A stretch of DNA of 64,000 nt, taken from assembly GCA_963729625.1 (NCBI GenBank), contig CAVSOU010000010.1:1-64000 (forward strand), written 5' to 3'. This DNA is from an uncultured bacterium (lineage in GTDB: Bacteria; Chloroflexota; UBA5177; JANWHV01). This document shows, piece after piece, positions 9,081 to 19,317 of this stretch. The notes beneath the pieces are model-generated. The model made no database searches, was not told where the DNA came from, and was given only the letters and a program-made list of their open reading frames with translations. The translations under genes were made by a program, and so were the position numbers. The first letter of the stretch is position 1, and every line of letters begins with the position of its first letter.

Positions 9081-9587
9081 TCAGGAGACCGAGGGCTCGC
9101 TCTGAATCAGGTAGCCACCCGCCGCGATTGCGATCGAGACAATCAGGCCAATGTACGCGCCGAACGAGGGCCCTTCGCTGTAACCTGGCGCGCTCGCGCC
9201 GGAACCAGTCGTGAACATAAACAGCAAGGTGCACAGTGCGGCCAAGATCCCAACACCCATGATCACGCGCGCTTCGGTGAAATTCGGGGGAAGGGATGCC
9301 AGAATCCCGCGCACCTGCACGCCCACGGCGGGAAGGATGATCCACGCGGCACTCACGATGAACAGCACCACCGCCACAAATCCCCAGCCGTGCCAACCGC
9401 TTTCCGAGCTACTGGCAGAGAAGCCGGCGACGCTCGAGGAAAAACTCGCCGAGTACCAGTGGAAGAAGCTGTCGATAAACCCAACGACCCCGGCGATGAG
9501 CACAACCTTCCGACCCATGCTGAGGGCGTTGAACATCTGCTGCGCCTGCTGTAGCTGCGGGTTGGGACCACTTGGATTACTACTCAT
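9081..9587 (-). CDS. Hypothetical membrane protein (about 4 TM)
   Basis: Hydrophobic helices; GGAGGAG RBS. Confidence 0.75.
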   Translation of the reverse strand: MSSNPSGPNPQLQQAQQMFNALSMGRKVVLIAGVVGFIDSFFHWYSASFSSSVAGFSASSSESGWHGWGFVAVVLFIVSAAWIILPAVGVQVRGILASLPPNFTEARVIMGVGILAALCTLLFMFTTGSGASAPGYSEGPSFGAYIGLIVSIAIAAGGYLIQSEPSVS

Positions 9588-9620
9588 GCTCTCCTCCGTT
9601 GTCCTGTCCTCTGTTACTAT

Positions 9621-10019
9621 TTAGCCTGATATAGCGTGCCCGCAAAACCCACAGTACTGCATCCCGTCAGGCACATCCTTACCGCAATTGGGGCACGGGC
9701 GCTCGACCGACGTCACGCGAACTTCCGGCGTCTTATCTCCGATCCGTATCTCTGCTAACTCCTCCTCCAGGGTTTTCACCTGCGCCTGTAAATCCTCGAT
9801 CTTTTGGCGAGTCTCGCCGAGGCTCTCATCATGCAGCGCGCCCGTGCCGATCAAGCCGTAGGCGAGTCGGCCCAAATCCGCAAACGCCTTGTCGAGATCG
9901 TGTCGCTTCCCTCCCAGCTCATTACTCAATCGCGTGAGCTTGATGGTCTTGTCCGCCTCCGACACCACCCGTGACACACTCTGCCCGACAGTCGTGCGCG
10001 CCTTCTCCAAGAACCCCAT
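9621..10019 (-). CDS. Coiled-coil plus C-terminal zinc-ribbon protein
   Basis: MGFLEKA start after AGGAGG; CPNCG...YCGFCG. Confidence 0.85.
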   Translation of the reverse strand: MGFLEKARTTVGQSVSRVVSEADKTIKLTRLSNELGGKRHDLDKAFADLGRLAYGLIGTGALHDESLGETRQKIEDLQAQVKTLEEELAEIRIGDKTPEVRVTSVERPCPNCGKDVPDGMQYCGFCGHAISG

Positions 10020-10314
10020 AAAGTCTCCTCCTGACGTAGGGATCGTCACGATTATAGTACAGTGGCGGAATTACGCAACCTTTCCATGGGAAATTGTCCA
10101 GAGAAGTGAACCCGGACCCCCGGATCGATCGCCTCGCATCCTCGCTTGAGACGCCTCGCGCCGTCATCGCCTGCCGATTTCCGGGGTTGCACGACCTCCA
10201 TATGTAGCCAGCACGGCAGGTGATCGGGTCCGCACACCTCCAGACTTATTGCATATTCTTTCCCCTTTCCGTATACTCATACATGTGCCGGTGAACCCGG
10301 AATGGAAGGATACG

Positions 10315-10749
10315 ATGTCGGCCTTACAGTTCAGTGCGGAGCCTAAGGTAAGACTCTCCGACGATATTCGGAGCATTGACTTCGATCAGCTTCGGGCGCT
10401 GCAATCGGAAACAAGCTGGGCTCAGGATCGCTCGCTGTTCGATCTTCAGCGCGCCGTGGCTGCCAGTGATCTCGTCTTAACAGCCTGGGACGGATCGACT
10501 CTGGTCGGCTGTGTCCGTGTGCTGAGCGATTTCGTCTATAGGGCAGTACTCTGCGACGTCATCGTTCATCCAGCGTACCGGCGGCAAGGTATTGGGCGCA
10601 TGCTTGTAGAGGAAGCCACGTCGCATCCTCGGATGGCGCGGGTCCAGAAGTTTACATTGCTTACTACTACTGCCCGCTCGTTCTATGAGCGTCTCGGTTG
10701 GAAGAGGTATCCCGGAGAGGGTATGGTTCTGGAGCGCGACGAGCGATGA
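10315..10749 (+). CDS. GNAT-family N-acetyltransferase
   Basis: VIVHPAYRRQGIGRML motif A, FYERLGW. Confidence 0.9.
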   Translation: MSALQFSAEPKVRLSDDIRSIDFDQLRALQSETSWAQDRSLFDLQRAVAASDLVLTAWDGSTLVGCVRVLSDFVYRAVLCDVIVHPAYRRQGIGRMLVEEATSHPRMARVQKFTLLTTTARSFYERLGWKRYPGEGMVLERDER

Positions 10750-10831
10750 AACTGGATTCGGGCAGGCGGAGCGGCTCGGGTACCGGAGGGCGTACCTCAT
10801 GGGAACATTAGCCGTAGGTGAGCAGGGGAGA

Positions 10832-12283
10832 ATGGCGGAAACAACGCTGCCGGTTAGCGGGCATGGGAACAAGCAGTGGGGCGGGCGATTCGCTGCTCCG
10901 ACGGATCCGCTGGTGGAACGATTCAGCGGTTCGGTTGCTATCGACGGCAGGCTCATCGTGCATGACATCGCAGGGAGTATCGCACACGCGCGAATGCTTG
11001 GTCGCCAGCGGATTCTCACGATGCAGGAAGCGTCGTCTCTCGAGCATGGCCTCCGAGCAGTGCAGGCCGAGTATCAGTCCGGCGCGCCCCTGCTCGATAC
11101 CGAACTGGAAGACGTGCACACGGTAGTGGAGGTCGCCCTGCGGAAGCACGTGGGCGAGCTGGCCGGCAAACTGCACACGGCCAGAAGCCGAAACGACCAG
11201 GTGGCGCTCGACCTTCGGCTCTACACCAAAGAGGCGTGCGTCGACGCCATCGAAGGCATCGCCGAGCTTCAGTCGGCGTTTGTCGAGCAGGGCCGAACAT
11301 GCTTCAGCCTGGTCATGCCCGGGTACACCCACTTACAGCGCGCACAGCCTGTTCTCGTATCGCACCACCTCCTGGCGTACGTCGAGATGCTGCAGCGCGA
11401 CGTCCAACGCTTCGCCGGATGCTGCTCGCGAGCCGATGTGCTGCCGCTCGGGTCCGGAGCCCTCGCCGGCGTTCCCTACCCTGTCGATAGGGCCTGGCTT
11501 GCCGGCGAGCTTCGCATGGCCGGCGTCGCGCAAAACAGTATCGACGCGGTCGCGGATCGGGATTTCGCGATCGAGTTCTGTGGAGCAGCGGCGATGACCA
11601 TGATGCACCTTTCCCGATTCGCCGAAGAAACAGTTCTCTGGTGCTCGGCCGAGTTTGGCTTCTGGGATCTTGACGACAGTTTTGCCACCGGCAGCTCGAT
11701 CATGCCACAGAAGAAGAACCCCGACGTGGCCGAGCTCATTCGCGGAAAGACGGGACGCGTCTATGGCGACCTGCACGCGCTACTGACGCTGATGAAGGGC
11801 CTGCCGCTCGCCTACAACCGCGATATGCAGGAAGACAAGCCGCCCTTGTTCGATGCGGTCGATACGCTCTCCGCGTGCCTGGAAGCGTGCGCCTCCCTCG
11901 TGCGAGCGCTGCGGCCGAATGCCGAGACCATGGCTGCTGCGGCGGGAAACCTCGTGTGCGCCACCGACGTTGCCGACTACCTCGTCGGAAAGGGCGTGCC
12001 ATTCCGCGAAGCACATTCGATGACCGGCGCGCTCGTACGCCTCTGCTTGGCGACCGGGACAACGCTTCAGGACCTCGACCTGGTCACCTATCGCCGAGTC
12101 TGTCCTTTGATCGACGTCACAATTTACGATCGCATCAGTCCTCAGGCGTCGGTCGCGGCCCGCGCGGCGCTTGGTGGCACCTCGCCCGCGGGAGTGAAGG
12201 CCCAGCTCGATCGTGCTTCGACAATGATCTGGCAGAACAGGACCCTGGCACGCGATCTGGCCGGCAACACAGCCCAAGGATAA
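10832..12283 (+). CDS. argH: Argininosuccinate lyase
   Basis: WGGRF, HTARSRNDQ, GYTHLQRAQP, GSSIMPQKKNPD. Confidence 0.98.
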   Translation: MAETTLPVSGHGNKQWGGRFAAPTDPLVERFSGSVAIDGRLIVHDIAGSIAHARMLGRQRILTMQEASSLEHGLRAVQAEYQSGAPLLDTELEDVHTVVEVALRKHVGELAGKLHTARSRNDQVALDLRLYTKEACVDAIEGIAELQSAFVEQGRTCFSLVMPGYTHLQRAQPVLVSHHLLAYVEMLQRDVQRFAGCCSRADVLPLGSGALAGVPYPVDRAWLAGELRMAGVAQNSIDAVADRDFAIEFCGAAAMTMMHLSRFAEETVLWCSAEFGFWDLDDSFATGSSIMPQKKNPDVAELIRGKTGRVYGDLHALLTLMKGLPLAYNRDMQEDKPPLFDAVDTLSACLEACASLVRALRPNAETMAAAAGNLVCATDVADYLVGKGVPFREAHSMTGALVRLCLATGTTLQDLDLVTYRRVCPLIDVTIYDRISPQASVAARAALGGTSPAGVKAQLDRASTMIWQNRTLARDLAGNTAQG

Positions 12284-12365
12284 GCACAGCCCGTCAATGA
12301 CCCACGACTCCCAGTAAGCGGCACTCGTCGATCGTGTATTATTGCCGGCGTGGAGGTAAGGTTGA

Positions 12366-13646
12366 ATGCCACGTCGGACACTCGTCATTGCCGGAAGCGC
12401 CTTGCTGGCGATCGTGATCATCGCCGTCATCGTGGTCCTCGCCCGTGGGCAGAAGCGTGCCAATCCCGAGCCCACGCTGACCTGTACGCCCACGCGCCAG
12501 GCGCTCATGTCCAGATCACCGATAGCGCATACGCCCGCGGCAGGCACACCGGTGGCGCCCGCGAGTCCAACCTGTACGCCGTCCGCGACGCCGTCCCGTC
12601 GGAGGGTCTCGCCAACCGCGACCGCGCCCCCAACTGCGACCGTACACCCGACCGCGACACCTCACCCTGCGTTCGTAGCCGGGCCGTTGAATGGAGAACG
12701 CGTGACCTGGGCAGTAGCGCACAGACGGCCGGTGGCTGTCGTGGTCGAGAACTATAATCCTGACTCTCGCCCGCAGACCGGTTTGAGCTCCGCAAGCATC
12801 GTGTTCGAGACTGTCGCCGAGTCGGGGATCACGCGTTTCATGCCCGTGTATCTCGAGAACATCCCGCCGGTCGTAGGACCGGTGCGGAGCGTGAGAGTGT
12901 ACTTCGACGCGTGGGCAAATGGTATGCACGCCGTGCTCGTCCATACCGGCGGCAACGACGACGCGCTGGCACAGTTGTTTACGCTGCACAACATCGCGGA
13001 TGTCAACGAGGTCAAGTGGGAGGACGCCAACTACAACCCGACCGTGCCGTTCTTTGCGCGCACTCCGGATAGAGTCATTCCGCACAATATGTACACGTAT
13101 CCGCCGAAGGTTCTGGCATATGAGAAGACCCAACACGTGAAGCTCAATGGGAGCTTTCCCGACTCGCTGCCGCATCACGCGCCCGACAACATCGTTCACA
13201 GACCGACAGGCGGAACCCTCAACCTTGCGTTTTCGTCGAACGTCAGCGCGTCCGACCCCGGATACAATGTCGAATATCAGTTCGATCGCGTTAGCGATCG
13301 GTACTTGCGCTTCATGGGCGGCACGCCGCACGTCGAGCTCAGCACGGGTCACCAACTCGCGCCAAGCAATGTGCTCGTCCTTATGGCAAGCGTTGCGCCG
13401 GATCCATATGGTGGCCCATCGAATCCGGGAGCGGTCTACGTACAGTCGACTGGAAAGAACCTTGCTTACCTATTTCGGGATGGTAAAGAGCTGAAGGGTA
13501 CCTGGCACAAGGCACATGGAGGCACCCCGCTTGTGCTGCTTGACAGCCACAATCGACCCTTTACGTTTAATCCCGGTCAGACATGGATTGAAGTCGTTCC
13601 GTCAGTGGCAGGGAACGTGACCTGGAAGCCGCTCAAGCAGTCATAA
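12366..13646 (+). CDS. DUF3048 (YerB-like) exported protein
   Basis: N-terminal TM, Pro/Thr linker, RRPVAVVVEN, RPQTGLS, ESGITRF, GPVRSVR, PGQTWIEVV. Confidence 0.85.
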   Translation: MPRRTLVIAGSALLAIVIIAVIVVLARGQKRANPEPTLTCTPTRQALMSRSPIAHTPAAGTPVAPASPTCTPSATPSRRRVSPTATAPPTATVHPTATPHPAFVAGPLNGERVTWAVAHRRPVAVVVENYNPDSRPQTGLSSASIVFETVAESGITRFMPVYLENIPPVVGPVRSVRVYFDAWANGMHAVLVHTGGNDDALAQLFTLHNIADVNEVKWEDANYNPTVPFFARTPDRVIPHNMYTYPPKVLAYEKTQHVKLNGSFPDSLPHHAPDNIVHRPTGGTLNLAFSSNVSASDPGYNVEYQFDRVSDRYLRFMGGTPHVELSTGHQLAPSNVLVLMASVAPDPYGGPSNPGAVYVQSTGKNLAYLFRDGKELKGTWHKAHGGTPLVLLDSHNRPFTFNPGQTWIEVVPSVAGNVTWKPLKQS

Positions 13647-13902
13647 GCGCCGCATTGGCGCTACCCGCATCAGGGCGGTATATTACAGCCAATTCGGCCC
13701 GTTCCCGACGGCGGATGCTTCGGGGCGGCAGCCGGTAGCCGGCGGCCGCATTTCAGGGTCAGGGGGGTACGGGCACGAGCAACATGGTGCTGATTCGCTG
13801 CCGGGTCCGCCACCGCGCTTATTCCCCGATCCTCGCGCCCACGACACTCATCGCACTTTAGCGCCTTCTCGCGTGTTCTGACGTTTGTGGTGGAGGTTAA
13901 TA

Positions 13903-15960
13903 GTGAAGGTCTATCCGTCTGAGCAGATTCGGAACGTTGCCTTGCTCTCTCACTCTGGAGCAGGGAAGACGAGTCTGACCGAAGCAATGCTGTATGACAC
14001 TGGAGCGATTCAGCGCTTTGGGCGTGTCGACGACGGTACCACGACGAGTGACTTCGATCCGGACGAGATCAAGCGACATATCTCGCTGTCGACGAGCCTG
14101 ATTCCCTGCGAGTGGCGCGGTGCGAAGATAAACATTATGGACACGCCGGGGTACGCCGACTTCGTGGGCGAGGTCTATCAGGCGCTGGCGGTTGCCGATA
14201 GCGTCCTGCTCGTTGCCTCGGCCGCGTCCGGGCTCGAGGTGGGGACCGAGCAGGAGTGGAAACTTGTCCGCGATCGGGAGCTGCCCAGCGCGCTGCTCGT
14301 CAACAAACTTGACCGTGAACATGCTGACTTCTTCCGAGTCGTCGATCAGGCAAAGTCGCGCCTAAAGGTTCATGCCGTCGCGGTGCAGATACCCATCGGA
14401 ACTGCGCAAGACTTCAAGGGTATCGTCGATCTGTTGACGAACAAGGCATACGTGTTCGAGGGAGGCAAACCGTCCGAGATCGACCTGCCTGCCGAGATGG
14501 TTGAGGAGATTGCGTACCATCGCGATCAGTTGTGCGAGGCGGTCGCGGAGCTGAGTCCGTCCCTAACGGACAAGTATCTCGAGGGCGAGCCGCTGACGGA
14601 CAAGGAGTTGCACGATGCGCTGCGTGAGGCCGTGCGTGCGGGCAGCCTGATGCCCGTGGTGTGCGCCTCGGCTCTGGCAAACGTCGGCATACCGTCGCTG
14701 CTGGACTTCATCATCGATTTCATGCCGAGCCCGGTACAGGCGCGACCGCGTGTGACTGCCGACGGCAAACCGCTCAACAGTACGCCCGCTGCCTTGGTGT
14801 TCAAGACCGTGGCTGACCCGTTTGGAAAGCTCAGCTATTTCCGGCTTTTCAGCGGCGACCTGAGGTCGGATGCCCACCTTTTCAATGTCAATCGTGGGCA
14901 CGAGGAGCGCATCGCTCACCTCCTTATCGTGCGGGGAAAGAACCACGAGGTGATCTCCGAGCTCTACTGCGGCGATATCGGCGCCGCACTGAAGCTGCAG
15001 GATACCGAAACCGGAAACACGCTGGCCACCAAGGAGAAACCGGTAGAGATGCCGGCGATCTTGTACCCAGAAGCATCGTATTCGGCGTCGATCGAGCCCA
15101 AGACGCGTGCTGATCTGGACAAGTTGGGCGGCGCGGTGGCGCGTCTGATCCAGGAGGATCCCACGCTCCACTGGCACAGGGATGTCGAGACCTCACAAAC
15201 GATTCTGTCGGGAATGGGCGAAAGCCATCTGCAGGTGGCGGTCGATCGGCTGTCTCGCAAGTTCGGTGTTGAGGTAACGCTGGGCGAGCCGAAGATCCCC
15301 TACCGCGAGACGGTCACGACGAGCGCGAAGGCACAGGGGCGCCACAAACGGCAGTCCGGAGGTCACGGTCAGTTTGGCGACTGCCACCTTGAGATCGAAC
15401 CGCTGCCGCGAGGCGCGGGCTACGAATTCGTGGACAAGATCGTGGGCGGCTCTGTTCCGCGGCAGTTCATTCCAGCTGTGGACAAGGGTGTGCAGGAAGT
15501 GCTTCACGAAGGGGCACTGACTGGAAACCCGGTGGTGGATGTTCGAGTGACGCTCTTTGACGGTTCATTCCATACGGTGGATTCGTCCGAGCAGGCATTC
15601 AAGACTGCAGCCGGCATCGGTTTCCGCGCGGCGTTTGAGAAGGCCCACCCCGTGCTCCTCGAGCCCGTAATGGAAGTGGTTGTCGTTGTCCCGAATGAGT
15701 TTATGGGGGACGTTGTGGGAGATCTCAATTCTCATCGTGCACGTATCCTTGGTATGGATCCGATGTCGGATGGTATGACTGAGGTAAGGGCACACGTGCC
15801 GATGGCTGAACTGTTTCGCTACGCGACGACTCTCAGGTCCCTGACGCAGGGTCGCGCCAGTTACACGATGCACCTGCTAGGCTATGAAGAGGCGCCGCCG
15901 CACATCATGCAACAGGTGGCGTCCGAGTACCAGAAGGCGCGTGAGCAAAGGGAGCACTAA
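13903..15960 (+). CDS. fusA: Elongation factor G paralogue (EF-G II type)
   Basis: IRNVALLSHSGAGKTSL, DTPGYADF, NKLD, RQSGGHGQFG; divergent effector loop (KRHISL); not in the str operon. Confidence 0.93.
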   Translation: MKVYPSEQIRNVALLSHSGAGKTSLTEAMLYDTGAIQRFGRVDDGTTTSDFDPDEIKRHISLSTSLIPCEWRGAKINIMDTPGYADFVGEVYQALAVADSVLLVASAASGLEVGTEQEWKLVRDRELPSALLVNKLDREHADFFRVVDQAKSRLKVHAVAVQIPIGTAQDFKGIVDLLTNKAYVFEGGKPSEIDLPAEMVEEIAYHRDQLCEAVAELSPSLTDKYLEGEPLTDKELHDALREAVRAGSLMPVVCASALANVGIPSLLDFIIDFMPSPVQARPRVTADGKPLNSTPAALVFKTVADPFGKLSYFRLFSGDLRSDAHLFNVNRGHEERIAHLLIVRGKNHEVISELYCGDIGAALKLQDTETGNTLATKEKPVEMPAILYPEASYSASIEPKTRADLDKLGGAVARLIQEDPTLHWHRDVETSQTILSGMGESHLQVAVDRLSRKFGVEVTLGEPKIPYRETVTTSAKAQGRHKRQSGGHGQFGDCHLEIEPLPRGAGYEFVDKIVGGSVPRQFIPAVDKGVQEVLHEGALTGNPVVDVRVTLFDGSFHTVDSSEQAFKTAAGIGFRAAFEKAHPVLLEPVMEVVVVVPNEFMGDVVGDLNSHRARILGMDPMSDGMTEVRAHVPMAELFRYATTLRSLTQGRASYTMHLLGYEEAPPHIMQQVASEYQKAREQREH

Positions 15961-15990
15961 GAGCGGTTCCGAAACCGGCGCCGCCTTGCC

Positions 15991-17091
15991 ATGGGGATAT
16001 CCACGACTTCTCGACGTCCGAGCAAGGGCAGGGCTAGCCGGCTCGAGCGCATTCTCACTGGGTTGACCATCCTGCTGTTGGTGGTCGCCGTTGCCGGTGT
16101 AGTGCTCTGGCGCCTGCCAAGCAAGTACGAAATCCTCATGCCTGCAACAGCGCAATCGGTGAATCCGATGATCTCCGTCCAGGGCCACCCGCCGCAATCC
16201 GGGCGAGGAGATCTCCTGATGACCTTCGTTTCCGAGCCGGATTCTAACTTGCTCGAAGAAATGCTGGCGAGAGTGGATCCCGATGCGTCGCTACAGCCTC
16301 TGCCACCGCAGTACAACGCCACGCAGGACCAGCAGGCGAATCATCGGCTTATGCTCAGCAGCGAGCAAACGGCCGAGCTAGTCGCCCTGTGCCAGCTTGG
16401 ATACAAGGACTTGTGCTCTGGAGGTCTGCAGATCCAGACCGTCGAGTCGTACAGCAAGGCGGCCGGCATCTTGAAGGTCAACGACATCATTGTCGCGGTC
16501 AACGACCATCCAACAATGACAGCGGACGAATTGCGCGCGGCAATCAGCCCGCTGAAGCCGGGAGCAAGCGTTGCGTTTACGATCGTGCGCAATGGCAAGA
16601 CCTCAACCGTCCGCGTACGAACCATCCTATCGCCGCAGGCTCCGCGTCACACGATTGTCGGCTTTGCGTTCGTGCCGGCGCCGCCGCAGCACTTCCCTTC
16701 CAAGCTCCCCGTGAATGTCAAGATCGATCCCGGCAACATTGGTGGTCCTTCGGCGGGCCTCATGTTCACGCTTGGAGTGATCAACCGTTTGTCGCCAACC
16801 GACCTTACGTACGGCCTCAAGATCGCCGGAACTGGGACTATCAGCCTGGATAGCAGTGTCGGCGCCATCGGCGGGATCAAGCAGAAGGTCATTGGAGCGC
16901 AGTGGGCAGGGGCAAGGTATTTCATCGTACCGTGTGACGGAGGCAACTATGCAGACGCCGCGAAGGTCGTGGGCCATAAGATGACCCTGGTGCCGGTGGT
17001 CACGTTGGACGACGCGCTGCGCTTCTTTCACGCCCTTGGACCCAAGGGGCTCGATCCGAGATTCAAGTTTACTGCGTGTCCGGCGCAGTAA
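15991..17091 (+). CDS. PDZ plus Lon-like S16 protease (YlbL/SdrC family)
   Basis: N-terminal TM, PDZ, IGGPSAGLMFTL, AGTGTI, GAIGGIKQK (Ser-Lys dyad). Confidence 0.9.
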   Translation: MGISTTSRRPSKGRASRLERILTGLTILLLVVAVAGVVLWRLPSKYEILMPATAQSVNPMISVQGHPPQSGRGDLLMTFVSEPDSNLLEEMLARVDPDASLQPLPPQYNATQDQQANHRLMLSSEQTAELVALCQLGYKDLCSGGLQIQTVESYSKAAGILKVNDIIVAVNDHPTMTADELRAAISPLKPGASVAFTIVRNGKTSTVRVRTILSPQAPRHTIVGFAFVPAPPQHFPSKLPVNVKIDPGNIGGPSAGLMFTLGVINRLSPTDLTYGLKIAGTGTISLDSSVGAIGGIKQKVIGAQWAGARYFIVPCDGGNYADAAKVVGHKMTLVPVVTLDDALRFFHALGPKGLDPRFKFTACPAQ

Positions 17092-17096
17092 GGCAG

Positions 17097-18308
17097 CTAG
17101 TCCTGCGCGGGCGGCGGCTCGGTGACGAGTCGCGCGATCGCGACACTCACCAGGCCGAAGACGGCCGCAGTGACCGCGAAGATGGAGCGGATGCCAAATA
17201 CGCTTGCACAGGCGGTACCTCCGAGCTGGCCCATCGCCTGACCCGCGGCGTTGATTCCGGCACTCAGGCCCATCGCCGCACCTTGCTGGTCCCGCGGCGT
17301 GCTCAAGCTGAGCATAGCGCTTGCGGTGGCGAGCATCACGCCCATGGACACTCCGGTCAACGCTCGCAAGAGATACAGCTCGGTGATCGAGCCGACCCCG
17401 TGCTGTGGGATATAGATCAAAGCTGTGGCGACGGTTGACATCGTCAGCCACAGTTTGAACCGACCGCGGCGATCGGCGACACGGCCAGTAATGATGGCGG
17501 CGAATGCACTGCAGATCCCAGCGATCGCAAACACGTTGCCGGAAACCGAAGCGGCATCTCGAGTGGTGGCTCCAAGGGTCTGCACGAATAGGGGAAGGAT
17601 TGGCCCGACTATCTGTCCGCCAAATTGGACCGCGCATAGTACGAGTATGAGCATTCCGATCTGCCGGTTGGCGAGCAGCTTTCGGGCGCCCGTCCAGAAG
17701 CTCGAGCGCTCGCCGCCGCTCGAAGACGGCTCAGGCTCGAAGCTCTCCTCTACATAGAGCCAGGTGAGAACCGTTGCCAGAGCGAGAAGGGAGGCTGCGA
17801 TCAGGAAGGTGAGCTGGAATCCGACACGGTCGACGAGCTGACCGCCAACGAGTGGCCCGATCGACGACCCAGTAAACACCGCCATTTGCATGAGGCCCAT
17901 CGCGAAGCCCAGTCTCTCGCGCGGCACAGCACCGGCAACAAGCGCCTGCGACGCCGCGACACTACCGGTGAATACGCCTTGCAGGATACGTACGACCATG
18001 AGCTCGGCGGGATTCTGGGTGAGAAGCATCAGAAATGCGAGTCCGGCGCCGCAACCCATAGCACGCAGGACCATCAGCTTTCGCCCAAAGCGGTCGGCGA
18101 GCGCTCCCCAGATTGGTGCGGACACGGCCATCGCTACGGTCGTGCTGCCAAACAAGAAGCCCGACCAGATCAAGATCGCATGCTGGTCGTGCACGCCCAG
18201 ATGTTGGACGTAGAGCGGCAGGAACGGATAGATGAAGCTGAAGCCAATCTGGGCGAGGATCTGCGTGATCCAACTGACCCAAAGTGTTCGATTCCAGCCT
18301 TCCATCAT
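17097..18308 (-). CDS. MFS transporter (DHA1/MdtG-like)
   Basis: 12 TM; WGALADRFGRK motif A. Confidence 0.92.
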   Translation of the reverse strand: MMEGWNRTLWVSWITQILAQIGFSFIYPFLPLYVQHLGVHDQHAILIWSGFLFGSTTVAMAVSAPIWGALADRFGRKLMVLRAMGCGAGLAFLMLLTQNPAELMVVRILQGVFTGSVAASQALVAGAVPRERLGFAMGLMQMAVFTGSSIGPLVGGQLVDRVGFQLTFLIAASLLALATVLTWLYVEESFEPEPSSSGGERSSFWTGARKLLANRQIGMLILVLCAVQFGGQIVGPILPLFVQTLGATTRDAASVSGNVFAIAGICSAFAAIITGRVADRRGRFKLWLTMSTVATALIYIPQHGVGSITELYLLRALTGVSMGVMLATASAMLSLSTPRDQQGAAMGLSAGINAAGQAMGQLGGTACASVFGIRSIFAVTAAVFGLVSVAIARLVTEPPPAQD

Positions 18309-18416
18309 GTGGTCATTGTACGACCTGCAAGGGACGAGGCGGCGCGCCGTGGCAGCGTCGTGCCCTGGAGGACCAGGCCAAGCCTGCCTCTATGGGCGCG
18401 GGGTTCCTATCGGCGC

Positions 18417-19310
18417 TCAGGCGAAACCCGGCCTAGCATCCGGAACGATTGGCATCCAGGCCGATCGGGACAGCCCCTGCGAGCGCTGCGGACGTACCTC
18501 CGCGCGCCACAGCCAGGCAAGAGCATTCGCTGCCAGCGCACCTGTCAGTGTGCAGATGATGTTCACGACGTCGTTGGTACACCACGCGTGGCCGGAGACC
18601 AGCGTTGTGGCCGCGCCGCACGCGTGCGTCCGGCGCTCGGTCGGTTTATGGCACAGCGGGCACTGGTAGGCTGCCTGGATAGTAGCTCCAGCGACACTGT
18701 CCGCAAGCGAACCAAGCACGCCGGCGAGTGTGATCACACCAAAGGCTGTCGCTCGGCTCTGCTGGCTCCGACCGGAAGCAGCGACTGCGGCGATCGCGGC
18801 ACTGCCGCAGATGGAGGCCAAGAGGCCGCGCGGGCTGACTGCGCCGGAAGTGCCAGCGGTCGCCACCGCGCCAGAAAGGATCATGTGGGGCGGAGTCGGG
18901 CTTGTCTTTCCAATCTCGGTGGCCCACGTGTCGGCATTTGCCGCTGCGAGAGAGCCGGCGAAAGCTCGATCGACCGCGCGCGTCTGCAACTTTGGGCGCA
19001 GGGCTGCCGCAATCGCCGCGATGCCGCCGTTGGCCAGGGCCTGCACGATATCGCGCTGGGATCCTCTCACCTCCACCAAGGAAGGCCCTGACAACATGCG
19101 CTCTCGCCTCTGCAGGTGCGACAAAGCACTCGAGCTGCCAAAGAACGCGAGCAGCGTCGCGGCCCATTGCGACCCGCCACCATAGAACACCGGGCTGCCC
19201 ACCAGGATCGCACCGATGGCGCCCGAGGATGAGAGCGCGCCGCGACTACGCCCTGCGACGCCGATCGCGGCGCTGAAGCCGAGGGCCAGCAACAAGCGCC
19301 GGCGATCCAT
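18417..19310 (-). CDS. DUF92 (TMEM19/VTE6-like) membrane protein
   Basis: RDIVQALANGG, AAANADTWATEIG, GTSGAVS, DSVAGATIQA-CxxC, NDVVN. Confidence 0.88.
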   Translation of the reverse strand: MDRRRLLLALGFSAAIGVAGRSRGALSSSGAIGAILVGSPVFYGGGSQWAATLLAFFGSSSALSHLQRRERMLSGPSLVEVRGSQRDIVQALANGGIAAIAAALRPKLQTRAVDRAFAGSLAAANADTWATEIGKTSPTPPHMILSGAVATAGTSGAVSPRGLLASICGSAAIAAVAASGRSQQSRATAFGVITLAGVLGSLADSVAGATIQAAYQCPLCHKPTERRTHACGAATTLVSGHAWCTNDVVNIICTLTGALAANALAWLWRAEVRPQRSQGLSRSAWMPIVPDARPGFA

Positions 19311-19317
19311 AGGCCCG

